Shown: one piece after another, positions 24,746-38,354 of the stretch
Layout of the letters: each line of letters starts with the position of its first letter
How positions within the stretch are numbered: position 1 is the stretch's first letter
DNA from: Mytilus californianus
Taxonomy: Eukaryota
NCBI RefSeq assembly: GCF_021869535.1
Contig: NW_026262745.1
Span: 9,238,001 to 9,302,000 of the forward strand
Length of the DNA: 64,000 nt
Reading direction: 5' to 3'
Program-made: the position numbers and the translations under genes
The notes under the pieces: model-generated
What the model was told of the DNA's origin: nothing
Seen by the model: the letters and a program-made list of their open reading frames with translations, nothing else
Database searches by the model: none

Positions 24746-25095
24746 CATTTCCAGTAAGTGTATCTAGTATACTTTCCTTTTTAGTTACAGAAAAAAGGCT
24801 TTAAACGAGTTACAGCAAATAGATTTGCAATGAGATTTTTCAAAAGACCATTTAATTAAATATCGTCTGTATATCTATTTGATAAACATTTATAATGATT
24901 TTTAACTCCACTCATATGGTCATTACACTTATATAATATTGGTCGATCCAGCTCATGAAAGTATACCTATACTGCCAAGCTACAAATTTAATGTCGGAAT
25001 ATGTTAGTTTTCACAAATATATTTGCAAACAACCCTGAAAGACATATTGTGCACACTGGAATAAGTATTATATGTATGTGGATTTGTCTTTTTAG

Positions 25096-25252
25096 GCAGG
25101 AATTTCCACTGACCAACTGTCACTTGCTTTGGAACCAGAGGCTGCTTCTATACACTGTAGACAACAGCCAGTCGGCGTAGAACAAACAGGGGGTTACAAA
25201 GCTATTGCTAGTATGAAGGAAGGCGATAAATATATTGTGTTTGATCAAGGAG
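25096..25252 (+). pseudogene. HSPA12: Copy 2 EPEAAS exon
   Basis: 157 nt, AG/GTGAGT, AGISTDQLSLALEPEAAS...FDQGG. Confidence 0.85.
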
Positions 25253-26040
25253 GTGAGTTAAGGGGAGGGTTATTATATGATAATTCTTATATGTTGCATA
25301 TCTACAAATACTTGAATTGGATTGGTCCATTAGAAGTTTTTCACTTGGTTTACACTTCGCTAAACCATGTTACCGAAACTACTTTCACTGTGATCTATTC
25401 ATGCGCTATACACATGCATGTGATCAAGGGGTACTAAGCAAATTGAGATTGAAAAACAAATTACATATTTGTTTAAGCATAGAAACAATAAATAATGCAT
25501 TCAAGCTTGGAAAATTTATGAAATTTGAATAAAATGAAATTCCGCGAAATATGAATGATCTTACCGCGTTAACGTCATTTGCATTATAATCGCACGTTTA
25601 TGGATTTCAGAAAGTCAATATGGCTGTTAACTCCTTATTAACGACATGTCTATTGTGCATTTGATGGTAAATAGAAGCTAATGAAATGAAATGTTAATTG
25701 AAAATTGCGAATGTTCTGGTAAGAATTATAAGGAATAAACACATTTTTTCCAGAAGTTATTGATATGTCATGCAGGAGCCTCTGGCCATTGTAAGTCTTG
25801 TATGTTTTTTTTATAAATTTGGTTAATTTATGTGTTTCGGAGTTTAGTTTGACGTCCATTTTTGCTGAATTAGCAGACTTTTTTTTTGTTCAGGGGCCAG
25901 CTGAAGCTCGCCTCCGGGTGAGGGATTTTCTCGCTTTGTTGAAGACCCATTTCTGTTCTTTGGCCGGGTTGTTGTTTCTTTGACACATTCTCCGTGTCCA
26001 TTCTCAATTTTATAAAGAATAGGTTTTGTAATTTTCTGAC

Positions 26041-27989
26041 TAGGACTCTGAACCGCTATGGTACTCCGAACCGCGATGGTCACGCTGAGGTGCGATAGTT
26101 TGACGCTGAAGTGCGTTTTTGATCACGCTGAAGTGCGATGGTGGCATTGTGACGCTATCTTGTTGATAGCTACGCCGCAGTGCGATGGAGGTAATGCTGA
26201 AGTGCGATGGTCTAAACAAACTACATTTTCAATGCTTTTCATGACGATGTAGATGTCAATTTGTATGTTAGAAGCAGTTTTCTAAGTTTTTAAGTTGATA
26301 AGGGGCTTCTTTACTTTAAATACTACGAGAAACGGGGAGGATTGGTGGATAGGGGAAAGTTAACCTACTGTGGCGATTTTTTTTTTCGAAATCTACAACT
26401 TGTTCCTTTCTACGTTATATGGAGCGTGAATTCTCTAAATACATACGAGTCCGCGGACAGACTCTCCTTATTATAATATTACGGTAAACGAGGATCTCAT
26501 GATAGGAACAAGGTAAAGATAAAATGTTAATATAAAATTATAATGCCCACATGTAGAAAATCAAAGAGGACGAACTCTATCATTTAGTATGCAACTGTAA
26601 TAATAATAATAATGAATTCTTTATTTAAAGAGGGTAACTCAATTAGAAGTAGTCTAATTTTCATTGAGGCCCTCAAACAAAATACATGTATACAGCTAAC
26701 ATTCATACATTCATACATTAAAATACAATATATATTACAAGTATATAATCAATTCAATCATTCAAACATACAAATGGCAATAAATGGTAATAATTGGTAG
26801 TTTGATTAAATTTTCTTATTCTTACAACAAAAGAAAGAAAACAAATTATTCGACTTGCATAGAATTTTCAAGAAAATGATTATAACAATGTTTCTTAAAT
26901 AATTCCACATTTCGACAATTTTTTATTTTGAGTGGTAAATTATTCCATACCTTTGTTGTAGAATAATGAAAAGATTTTTTATAAAAATTTGTATTTGGTC
27001 TTGGAACAAATAGATCATTATTAGAGACAGATCGTAAGTTGTGGTGTTGCACATTATTAATATTTAGCATTGCTAAGTAATCAGGTGTTAGTCCATTTAC
27101 AATTTTATACATTAGAATTGATTGTTGGTATTTTATTCTTTTTGTAAAAGATAGCCATTTTAAAGATGAAAACATAAAATTAGATGGAACAGAAATATCG
27201 CATTCAAGTATAATTCTTGCTACTCTTTATTGAAGTTTTATGATTCTATCTGAATCTTTTTGTAATAAATTTCCCCAAACTGAACTACAATAGTCTATAT
27301 ATGGTAGAATATATGCATTATAAAATAGTTGTCTTGTGTGTATAGGCAAATATACTTTAATTTTAAACAAAAGTGATATTTTAGATGAGATAATCTTGCA
27401 TATACGATCAACATGATTTTCCCAGCTTATAATTTTCATCAATGTCAATTCCAAGTAATTTGAAAGAATGGACATTTTCAATACATGTTTCATTGACGGA
27501 AATACATAATGCTGATAGTTGTGTAAGTTTTTGTTTTGAGCCCAATTTCATACACTTTGTTGTTTGTGCATTAATTTTCATACTGTTATTGTTACACCGA
27601 GATTGTATAGCATTTAAATCATTTTGCAATATGCTGTTTATTTTTTCAATGTTTTTATTATGAAAATGCAATGTTGAATCATCAGCATATAAATCCATGT
27701 CTGATTGTTTAACATGAAGTGGTATATCATTTATATAAATTAAAAATAACAGAGGACCTAAAATATGTAATGAAAGACAGACATAGACAATGATGAATGT
27801 AGATTTATATACTAACTGTTAAATATATCTACATGTACTTCTCAAAATAATCTGTGGATTTTAAACTAGCCATCATGCGTCAGATAGACCATCGCACATC
27901 AGCGAACGGACCATCGCACTTCGGCGTAGACGATCGTAATTCAGCGTGACCATCGCACTTCAGCGTCCCCATCGCACCTCCGAGTCCTA
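26041..27989. mobile_element. TIR element with subterminal repeat arrays, interrupted by a LINE
   Basis: TAGGACTC...GAGTCCTA termini; inverted arrays of GCTGAAGTGCGATGGT-like units at 26050-26210 and 27870-27985; no clear TSD. Confidence 0.55.
26598..27770 (-). mobile_element. 5'-truncated CR1/L2-group LINE (RT C-terminal half and 3' tail)
   Basis: ILGPLLFLIYINDIPLHVKQSDMDLYADD, PYIDYCSSVWG, WNNLP; AATAAA and (ATT)n tail at the 3' end; frameshifted. Confidence 0.85.
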
Positions 27990-28276
27990 CATATATATAA
28001 AAGATAAGGTGAAAATGCTCTTAAATTTTGTTCCTGAATGTTTCTGGTAAACTATTAAAATTAAAAATGTTTGTCATGAGAAAAAAAAAAACTCTCACAA
28101 AAAATTAATATCCGGTCCGCATTCATAGTATAAAACTGATTCATGAATGACAAGTTATATGCCGTCGTAGAAGCTAGTTTTAAATGCTGTCATGAAATAT
28201 TATATGGAGAGATTTAACATTTGATCCGTTGCCAAACTTGCCAAAATACAACAACATAGTCCATGGATTTGTTTTA

Positions 28277-28542
28277 GGGAGCTACCATTTGATTTTTAGG
28301 GGGGGGGGGGCTATAATGAAATTTGAAAAAAAGACAGGACAGGAGTTTTGAGTTAAAAAAAAAAAGGCAGGATGAGACACTTTGCAAAAAAAAGGCAGTA
28401 TGACAATTTATGTAATAAAAAGTCATAATAAACTAATAAAAAAAAAGGCAGGACAGAGATTACAACTAAAAAAAATACAGGACAAAATTTTTCATCCTAG
28501 CCAATCCCACCCCCACCCCATAAAATTCAAATGGTAGCTCCC
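28277..28542. mobile_element. PIF/Harbinger-type MITE
   Basis: TIR GGGAGCTACCATTTGA...TCAAATGGTAGCTCCC, TTA on both sides. Confidence 0.75.
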
Positions 28543-28672
28543 TTAAAAGTTACGGAAAAAATGTTTATGATATTCTTCTGAGACGTAAAGTTACTCTTTC
28601 TTTAGTGATACAGACAGCAGATATGATGGAAATAAACAATAATATCTTCTTTACTAGTGTCCTTATTTTCAG

Positions 28673-29722
28673 GTGGAACAACAGACATTACAGTTCATGA
28701 AGTTAAAGGGCCAAATTCAGTTAAAGAGATTCACCAAGCATGCGGAGGACATTGGGGTGGGATCACAGTGAACGGAGAGTTTTACAAGTTTCTAGTTAGA
28801 CTACTGGGCGGTTTTGTTATTAATGACGTAAAGAAGCATCACTCAGACGCTTACTTCGAGCTGATGTACAATTTTGAACATGCCAAAATATGTTTTAAGG
28901 AGGACACCGATAAAACAACTATTCGAATTCCCGTTGCATGGCTTGAAACATACAAGAAAAGTACAAGGCAGGAATTGATAGACGTCATACCGCAAACAAA
29001 TTTTAAAAACCAGATTGAACTTAAACACGGCAAAATGAGAATCAACCACAACCCTTTTGCGCTCTTTCTTTGACTATTCAATAAGTAATGCAACAAATGA
29101 ACTTGATAAATTATTAAAAAAACAAGAGCTGTCCGGTGTTCATACATTATTAGCAGTGGGAGGGTTTTCAGAGTCGTCTGTTTTAATAGATGCCGTTAAA
29201 CAAAAACTTGGTAAAAAGGTAGATGTTATTGTTCCAAGTGACCCCGGATTGGCTGTTCTTAAAGGAGCAGTTATGTTTGGATTTGAACCAGGAACAATTG
29301 AGTCACGTGTTTCTAGATATACATACGGTGTAGCAATGCAAAGAAACTATATAGATGGCGTTGACGATATGTTAATGCGTCCTACTTTTGGCAGTCTTAT
29401 TGATGATGTTTTCGATATTCATGTTAGGAAAGGACAAGTGGTAGAAATTGGACATTTTGAACCAGAGCATACCTACTTCCCTGTTGTAAATGAGCAAAAA
29501 TGTGCTCACTTCGAATTTTTTGCATCAGAAGAAGAGGACCCTAAATATACAACAGAAAAAGGTTGTAATATGTTAGGGGTACTCAGTGTTGATCTTACAA
29601 GAAAGGATTCAAAAGATGGAGAGCTTTCATTGAAAATTAATGCTAGTGGCACCGAAATTGTAGCAGTTGTAATAGAAAAGGCTACCAAAAATGAATACAG
29701 AGCTTACTTTTGTTTATTTTAG
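28673..29722 (+). pseudogene. HSPA12: Copy 2 terminal exon, +1 frameshift near 29050
   Basis: Split into ORFs 28657-29073 and 29057-29722; ends NEYRAYFCLF*. Confidence 0.88.
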
Positions 29723-31162
29723 CTTTTATTAAATAATTCTTCCCAGAGTACTCATTTTTCTATGAACCAAAAACTTGGTATATGGCATTGAACCAGCAGT
29801 CACGCATTTCTACAAAAAAAACCCACACCAACAAGCACTTAAAAGACATACATAGAGTATAATATTTACAAAAACAAATAGATATATGTGCTTAAATATA
29901 AATATTACAGAATAAAAAGGGGACTAATATCTGAAAGATAGAGAATAATGAGAAAAAAAGAAAGAAAAAAGAAAAATGGATTTAATGATCAAACATGTTA
30001 TAGAATAAAGAAATGAAGACCCCCCTCCTCCGAAAAAAATCCAGACCCATGTTTTTCTCGGAACTATAGAATTAATTAAGAGCCAATTTTTTTTTAGATA
30101 ATTGTTTGAAATTAGAATTGTTGTTTGTTATTTACAAGACTTGCCTGAAATGGCATCGTAAATGTATTCTTACCTGTTTTTCTTTTATCAATATTACCTA
30201 CTTGAAAACACAAATGTACAATTATACTAATAAATAAAAGCATATACATATTTAAATGTGTTATTTGAAATATAAGTTTTCTACATAAGGAAGTGCTTGT
30301 GAATGGTAACAAGTCATGACTATGACAGATGTTTTCCATTCGTTTGATTTGTTTGAGCAATGATTTTGCCATTTGATAAGGGACTTTCCGTTTTGAATTC
30401 TATTTGGAGTTCGGTTGTTTTGTTATTTTAGTTATTTGTTTCCAATTTCTCTCTCAAATGGGAATAACTCATCCCCCGCAAGTAACATACGTTTGGCTGA
30501 GGGATGTAAAAATACAGAGGTACGTTTGGTCAAAATCGAGAGAGTTTAATCTGATGCCTCATGTATAGAAGATTCCACGCTCTCTACACGTGCAGTCACT
30601 TCTTGTAGGTTGCATGTGGCAAGACAAAGCTATGTCTTTATCCAACATACCTTCATTTTGCAGTGGCTGTTTTATAATTATACCGCACTTCACTTCATTT
30701 CATTAAAGAAAATAAGTTAAGGTGCGTTTACACGGTACGATTTTCCATCCGATTTTCCGTCCGATTTGATTCAGTCCCTCAGGTAAATCGTACAGTATTT
30801 TGTTTACACGATACGATTTTCCATCCGATTTTTAACAGATTCAAACAGGTGCTTTTGCTTGATAATTGAACAAATATCACGTCGAGCATCATACAACTAA
30901 AAAAAAATCCTACGTTATTTTACGTTTATTTATTTATTTCTAATGTCATATAAGATGTTATTCCATATTGATAGAACTTTAGTAGGTTTTTCAATATGAA
31001 TGGGATTTTGAATAAATAAGCATATTCACCTGCGGAAAAAGTATATTCACCGCGCAAAACGTCGCGTGCTGTTACGTGTATAATAACGTTTGACGTTTAG
31101 TTGGTTTTGGTAAATAACTGTTATTTTACACATATTTTTCTGTCTCGTAACATGGAATAAAA

Positions 31163-31311
31163 CAATTACTGTCTTTTGTTTCGGTAAATATGTGGTTTAA
31201 TTGACTTTTGAAAAACCTAGTGACATTCACTTCGGCCGTTGGCCTCAGTGAATATCAGTTTTTCAAAAGTCAATAAAACCACACATTTACCTCATCAAAA
31301 GACAGTAATTG
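31163..31311. repeat. Fold-back (palindromic) element
   Basis: CAATTACTGTCTTTTG...CATTCACT and AGTGAATAT...CAAAAGACAGTAATTG, imperfect ~65-bp arms. Confidence 0.7.
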
Positions 31312-33267
31312 TATAATATTCTTCCGACATTGTGACGTAACGATTCCTGGAAGGACTTCATACTCATATGCATGTATTTGGCGACATTTTTGGAAGCTTT
31401 AAACAGTATCGGCGAACAGTAATGTATTTTTAGACTTTAAGTCGTAGACTTCTATGGTGTACCTAGAAAAATTTGTATATAACCCCAAATCCCCACTGTT
31501 CTTCAAAACAATAAACATACAACTTAAATATTTTATATCTTGTATATGTTAGCTTTCCATATCTGATCCTGATATCGTGGCGCAAACTTCTCATGCTCAG
31601 GTTTTGATAAAGTGCTGAATTTGCAACACGGAGTTGTAAGCGATATAAAAATGCTTTCGTCCTACAAAATGTGTCACGTCGCTCGCACTGGTGTCGCTTA
31701 AATAACTTATAAAATAAGATTAAAGCTGAAAAATATAATGAATAAAAGGAGATATGACCGTATACGTCAATAAGGCAGCAACCCAACGACAAAAATAACA
31801 AAAAAAAAACAACATCCATAAGCCTTATGTCATGGAATAGGAGTTATTTCCACTGGAAGAACAATTACTGTAACAGTATTTGTTCCTTACATAAGATAAT
31901 ATTTAATTCAACAGGAACTGATAGCATACCATTGTTTATAACAAAATTTCCAGACAACCTCTATTAACAGGAAAAAATATATGTTGACCTATAAAGGCCA
32001 ATATATAGGCATCAACAATCGAAATGTGTCTGTACAATATGTCAAGTTGCCTGCATTTTATTCATTAAAATTTTTTAAAGATTAATGGGGACCCGAATGA
32101 TCGTTATATAAGAGGTTTCTCAACATCTTGCGAACGAAACAAAATCACCCTAACTTGACGTAATTTGCCGTAACGAGAAAAGAGGGGACATTCATTTAAA
32201 TAATAATATTGGACTATTGGTTGTTCACTTCCCTTAGAAATGTCTTTTACATAAAAATATACATGCAGGTTTTTTTTTTAAACCATTTTGAGTTGTAGAC
32301 ATATTATATTGACTTGATATATATAATATATAATATACAATTAACACAGTAGTAAATCTGATTTAATAAAGAATTTTGGCGAAGAATATGAAATATTAAG
32401 ACCAAGGGCAGTAATCGTACAAGAGATTTTAATAAACATGACATCATATCGAATTTTATAGTACATACATGTGAAAGAGGTTACATGTAGAACCTTGGGA
32501 TGGGAGGGACTAGGAATCTTTTTGAAAACTTTTCTAGGCTCAGATCAAAGGTAAATAGTCCTGCGCAAAAATGAGGTAAAACAAATCTAAAAGTAGGATC
32601 ATTTAACAGACTGCACAAGAGTAGGCGTGTGTACGTAGAACATGTAATAAAAGAAGTGAAATCATTTAGTCATTGGTTCGTTTCACCGCCACCAAAGATG
32701 GTAATTTTCTTGTGTGTTGTAGAACTTTGTGCTGGGTTATCAAAAAGACGTGTGGATATAATAAATGAAACATATTAAAGATTTGTCATCTCAATCACTA
32801 TTCAATCCTTTATCAAATGCTAATCTCGCCGTGATATGCATATAATACTTGCCACTGAACGTTAAATATCCAACAATCAATCAATTAAATGCAAACCAGA
32901 TGCAATGTTAACAATAATTAACAACGACATTACAGAAACAATATTCTTTTTTTAATGGATAAGGAAGATAAATCGAACGCATATGACGACATGTAAACAA
33001 ACGGAACTCAACGTAAGATTATGCAACATTCCACAACACAAAATTAATTGGAACACTAATGTTTAACCACAACAATAAAATGCAAGGTTGCAAAAAAAAA
33101 TATCAAATTGTTTCCTGTTGTCTTTAAACACACTGCAATATCGGTAGAAATTTGTTACTGAACAAAATCACCGCTCCTTAATAATTTCTGAATTTACAGT
33201 ACTGTAAGATTCTCAAAGACTTAGTGTACACATGGATCTGTGAAACTGTTACATTAATCATGCTAAT

Positions 33268-34047
33268 TAAATTAGTCTCTGATGCATGATTTTTTATTAT
33301 TAATTGTTTTTGGCTTTTAACTAGCTTTCAGTAACTGCGATAACTCTCAAATCGTACTTTCGTGTTATTTGACCTGTTGATACAATTTGTAATGTATTTT
33401 CGTTATTTAATGTTTACTTATTTAGTTTATATCTCGTCTCACTGTTTTTAATATTTACCACCTTTGATAAGTGTTTAGTATGACGATACATTTTCACTTC
33501 TGTTCTCGTACTATGAACAACAAAATTATTTATTTTGTAAAAAAATATTTCCGTTCTCCATGTATACCTTACAACAAAATTATTTTTATTTACCTGTGTA
33601 CGTTATTTTATTTGGCGGCATTTTGTCCAAAGTTATGGCTGTCTTTCTGATATTGTTTTACATCTAACCCCCTTGTTTTATTAATTTTGTATTTGCATTG
33701 TGTCATATATCAAATTTATTCGTTTAGTGTATGTTCACTTGTTTTTATTAATATGTCTTTTGATTGAGTTAAGCCATTGCAATTGATATTTTATAGTGTG
33801 TCTTTCTTTGTTGTGATGTTACACTATTGTTTCAGGTTAGGTTGAAGGTTAGCGCCTGTTAAAACGTTTAAACCCGCTGCATTTGTTTGCACCTGTCCTA
33901 AGTCAGAAACCTGATGTTCAGTGGTTGTCGTTTGTTGATGTGGTTCATAAGTGTTTCTCGTTTCTCGTTTTTTATATAGATTAGACCGTTGGTTTTTCTG
34001 TTTGAATGGTTTTACACTAGTCATTTTTATAGCTTGCTGTTCGGTGT
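33268..34047. repeat. Interspersed repeat, inverted homolog of ~22925-23700
   Basis: Colinear reverse-complement similarity over ~780 bp. Confidence 0.75.
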
Positions 34048-34643
34048 TCAATTTTACGTTGTGCTCTGCAGATATCGATATAATTTTTGGTAAATTGGTT
34101 TGAAATGGTGACTAGCAGATTGAGTATGATGTTTCGTTTGATTGACCGACTTTTGGCAGAATTACGGACTTCAAAAGCTTCATGAAAACTGTACATTTGT
34201 CTAATCGCAATTTTGAATCACCTATATATCTGCAGCTGATATTTGATGAATAAGAGTTATTGATGACTTGCATATAAAAATGAGAACATGTGGTATGATT
34301 GCCAATGAGATAACTCTCTACCATGGTCCAAAATGAAGTAGAAATTTACATATCAATTTTTCTTTCGTTCCTACTGGCAGAATTTTTTTGCGATCACGTG
34401 CACACTTCATGCTGGTACAAACTCATCCGATTTTATATAACGTATTTCTCTTTCACGATTTCTCTCAGTTAATGCAATATTTGCCGATGTTTCTCAATTA
34501 TTCACCAATTTCTTTAATCTTTTGACGATCTTTTTATAATAAAAGTAACACTTGGAATTTGTTATATGCGTAATAGATTCATTTCAAGTAATAATTTGCT
34601 TTTAAATAATGTGTGTTTGACTATCTTTTACAGTAATATTTTG

Positions 34644-34674
<31 letters not shown>

Positions 34675-34708
34675 TGTCCAAATAAGTATTATTTTTTTCA
34701 TAATGCAG

Positions 34709-35011
34709 AAACTCGTAGTTGCCGCCATTGATTTTGGAACCACTTTTTTTGGATATGCTTACTGTAGCCAGCACGATTATGATGAATACCTTCAAGGAAA
34801 AGAAGAACAATCGAGAATCAAATGTCAAACATGGTCGTCTGAAGGAGGAATGACTCCCAAAGCTCCGACTTGTGTTTTATTTCGTCCTAACCAAACGTTC
34901 CATAGTTTCGGAAACGAGGCACATACTTACTACAGGGACCATCTTAAAAAAGGAGATTTAAGAACATGGTTTTATTTCGAACACTTCAAGATGATGTTGT
35001 ATAAAGAGAAC
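34709..35011 (+). pseudogene. HSPA12: Copy 3 IDFGTT exon (open)
   Basis: KLVVAAIDFGTTFFGYAY...FEHFKMMLYKEN|GT; ATG at 34703 overlaps the CAG acceptor and could instead be the start. Confidence 0.85.
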
Positions 35012-35057
35012 GTATGTTTAAGTATACAGTTCCATTTCATTTTTTTTTCATATTTTA

Positions 35058-35295
35058 TGACCGCATCGACAAGTGGTCTGCAGGAACCACGGTTCGATCA
35101 TCAACCAAAAACTGCTGCTTCTCTGTCAAGCACGCGGCATTAAAACTACACAAACGTGAGAGTTATAAGTGTTTAAATAGCTCGTAGTGGAACTTTTGTG
35201 TCTGGGAACGGGTGACATGTCTTCCTGTAGAAAGAAACTGTGAGCTATAACTAGTGAATAATCCGTCATGTCGGTCTAGAATAAAGCAGGGTTTT
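35058..35295 (+). mobile_element. Decayed SINE-like repeat
   Basis: Loose similarity to the SINE at 53207-53445 (GCTTCTC..AAGCACGC..CATTAA, GGTGACATGTC). Confidence 0.35.
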
Positions 35296-37107
35296 GTTAT
35301 GCTCATTTTATTTCAAATTCATAGTCCTTACTATAAACGTGATATTTTCATTGAGTGTTCATCATTTAATCAACAATTTGTGTGGAATATCACACTATGG
35401 TAGCGGAGTTCTCTATACACTACGACTTCGTGTTATCGATGCACTAGTACTGAGACTTCGTGTTCGTGTACTGTGGCTTCCATTTTGGAACACCAAAACA
35501 TAATGTAATTGGTATTTTCAATTTTTGTTTCTATATTTCTTCTAATTTTTTTCAATGACATGACCTATTAAAAATGAGTTTTGCAAACATTAATTTCAAT
35601 TTTGCATACAAATAATAATGAATCTACAAGTAGCTTGATTGTATTGTTTGAATGTCCGATCCCGTTTCAAGATTTTTGACAATTTATTTAAAAAGTATTG
35701 ACACAAACGCCACAGCATGAATTAAAATTAGCTGTCTTTGATATCAAACAAGCTTGATCCTTAAAATTGTACATAATTTTACACGTTAAAACTATACATG
35801 GAAGGGTTTGTCAGCTTGTGTACTGTGATTTTGCGTTCATATCAATCCAGTCCTTCAAAGCGATTGTGAATGTACTGCGACTTCATGTTCAACAAAAGCA
35901 AATAATTTTAAATACTTAAACATTGTTTCATCTTTTTAGCAAAGGTCTTTGAGACATAATTATAGAATGCTCTCATTCGATCTTTATCAGTCTCGTGAAC
36001 AATCTGTATTTTTTCGAAAAACAAAGGATATGTGGTATCAATGATCCATGACACAAAATCAGTATATGCACAGCAAAAAACACACAAAAAGCGAAGGAAC
36101 AGCGCTTTTATTGCTGTTCTTTATCTCAAAATCATAGTGATGCCTTGAACACGGAGCAAAAAAAAAAAACAACTCTCATCTCACTGCAAGTTTAAGACGG
36201 TCCCTAACACCGGTTTGAGCGGAATTCTTTGCAAAAAGATTCGGGTGGACTTCGTAAGATGTATCACCTCCAAATCGGGCACGGTCAAAAAAGTACATAC
36301 TGAAAAGAACTAGTAGTACATATTTAAAAACAAAATAGTTCATACCCATATAGGTGTAAATAAAAAACAAGGTAGAATATATTTTAGTTAATATTAAAGT
36401 TTCAATTCAAATGAAAGGTGAAGGACTGCTGATCCTTGTACCCATAATTGTACCTTTAGTGTTTCCAAAATGAAAGGTAACGTACACCGGAAACGCAAAG
36501 GCACATTTCATAGAGGAATTGAGGACACCATACACTTAGTTGATGAATTGTCAAGCAGATTATAGATCATGCGGCATTCGTTTCATTTTTCATTTTCTAA
36601 CCCAATATTTACCATTTATTCACAAACTATCCCTGTAGCACAATCGAACGTTTTATTTCCCTCAGTAATTAATTAACGAACGCGTGCTTTGGCTAAGATA
36701 TTGCTATCTGGCGTAATTTCCTAACAACACTTGGAAACGTGGTAGCTAGATGTCTTGTAATTTATACAAAAGGGTTGGCACGATGTAAGTTTGCATATGA
36801 CAAAACGTTAATGACCTGGAAAAACTTCTCAATTTTTGTGAATTACCGGGGTCGATGTATAAATTTGCCTCTGTAAATCTAAGAAACAGGTATCACGGAG
36901 AAGATCACCAAGTTCAAATTTGTACAACTTTAATTGTCTGATTGTGATGAAAATAACTGAACAATTTTGGAAAATATTTATATCTTGCAAAAAAAATACT
37001 TTGTTTAATGTATACATGTATACTCAGGCAATGAGATGCATTGTTGCTGCGTTTCCTCGATAAATGGTTTAATTCTTCCATTTGAAGCCCTTTTCTTTTA
37101 ATTTCAT

Positions 37108-37405
37108 GGCGAATTGACTAAAGATACTTGACTGAAAGAATCAATAAATGTTGATGGTATTACGCCTAAGCGAATGAAAGCAGTAGATGTCTTTGCAGCA
37201 ATAATTGAGTATTTTAAAGGACAGATCCTGAAAGCTTTACAGACGAGTCATGGAGATAAGGTGACTTCAAAGACGGAAACAAAATATGACAGCTCTTCGA
37301 AAAAAAACTGGCCCATTCACTAATGATGATTTTCACTGGTATCTCACAGTTCCGGCTATATGGGACTTAAAGGCAAAACAATTTATGCGCGATGCTGCTG
37401 AAAAG
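37108..37405 (+). pseudogene. HSPA12: Copy 3 TVPA exon, disrupted
   Basis: Lost acceptor, in-frame TGA, frameshift; ends TVPAIWDLKAKQFMRDAAEK|GT. Confidence 0.85.
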
Positions 37406-38194
37406 GTATATAATAGAGTTACACGACTTGTTTCTGGAACAACCATCTTCACATACGCTCGAGTCCAAAAGTTGAATAACCAAATATATAAAAATCACAA
37501 AGGGACTTTTTTTTAAGATCCGGTTTAACCGTCTTAGGTCATTCTGTACTATTAATACAGTTAATACAAACAGCTAGAGGAATGTTGTATCGGTGCATCT
37601 CTACATGTTTAATTTCACCAATTACTCTCCTAGATATGGTTTCTCCTTAAACTGATTTAATGTGACTTGGTTTCATTTATTCACACCAGTTGCATTAGTC
37701 GATCGTTCGAGAGATAACGAAAGCGGAAATAAACAAGAACAAAATGGATGAGAAAAATAATGCTTAGAATTATTGATTTAAGTTATTTTCGTGTTCCTTT
37801 TCCATTTTTCAGAACAGCAAAAAACATAAGCCGAACGCAATTGATTCGAGTAGCTATAGCAAGAAATCAGAACAACAATTTTTTTTGTCGGAGACAGTTT
37901 ACCATGGGTTCTGTTTTTCTTTCTTTCCCTCTTTCATTTTTCTAGCGTAATGTATATTTTTATCTTTAAAGTATATTATATAAAAAAGTGTGACACATGA
38001 GACAGAGTTGACTCTGAATAGGAACCGGGACAATATAATTGGTATATCTGTTCAACTCGGTTTATTAGACAGTGTTTGTCCAAACCCAGGAATAAGACTT
38101 TCAATGTAAGCCTTTTTGTATAAGTTTTTTCTTTTATATTTACTATTTTTTTACTCTCACACTGAAATCGGCATTGTGTATTTTGTCTTTATAG

Positions 38195-38354
38195 GCAGGG
38201 ATTTCAAAGGATCAATTATCCCTTGCCCTGGAACCAGAAGCTGCTTCTATACACTGTAGAAAACAACCGGTCAGTGTAAAAGAACAACCTTGTGGTAACA
38301 AAGCCATTGCAAGTTTGCAGAAGGGTGATAAATATATGGTCTTTGATCAAGGAG
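38195..38354 (+). pseudogene. HSPA12: Copy 3 EPEAAS exon (open)
   Basis: 160 nt, AG/GTATGT, AGISKDQLSLALEPEAAS...FDQGG. Confidence 0.85.

Larger units (their letters stand above)
16660..29722 (+). pseudogene. HSPA12: HSPA12-like copy 2, disrupted; exons 16660-16692, 19873-20183, 21331-21630, 25096-25252, 28673-29722
   Basis: 8-bp insertion makes TAA at 19918-20 (exon 311 nt vs 303 nt in copy 3); +1 frameshift near 29050 (last exon 1050 vs 1049 nt in copy 1). First micro-exon is inferred. Confidence 0.8.

Noticed and set aside
32698-32706. ATG|GTAATT as first coding exon of copy 3
   Set aside because: Phase-compatible but too short to distinguish from chance; ATG at 34703 is an equally possible start.
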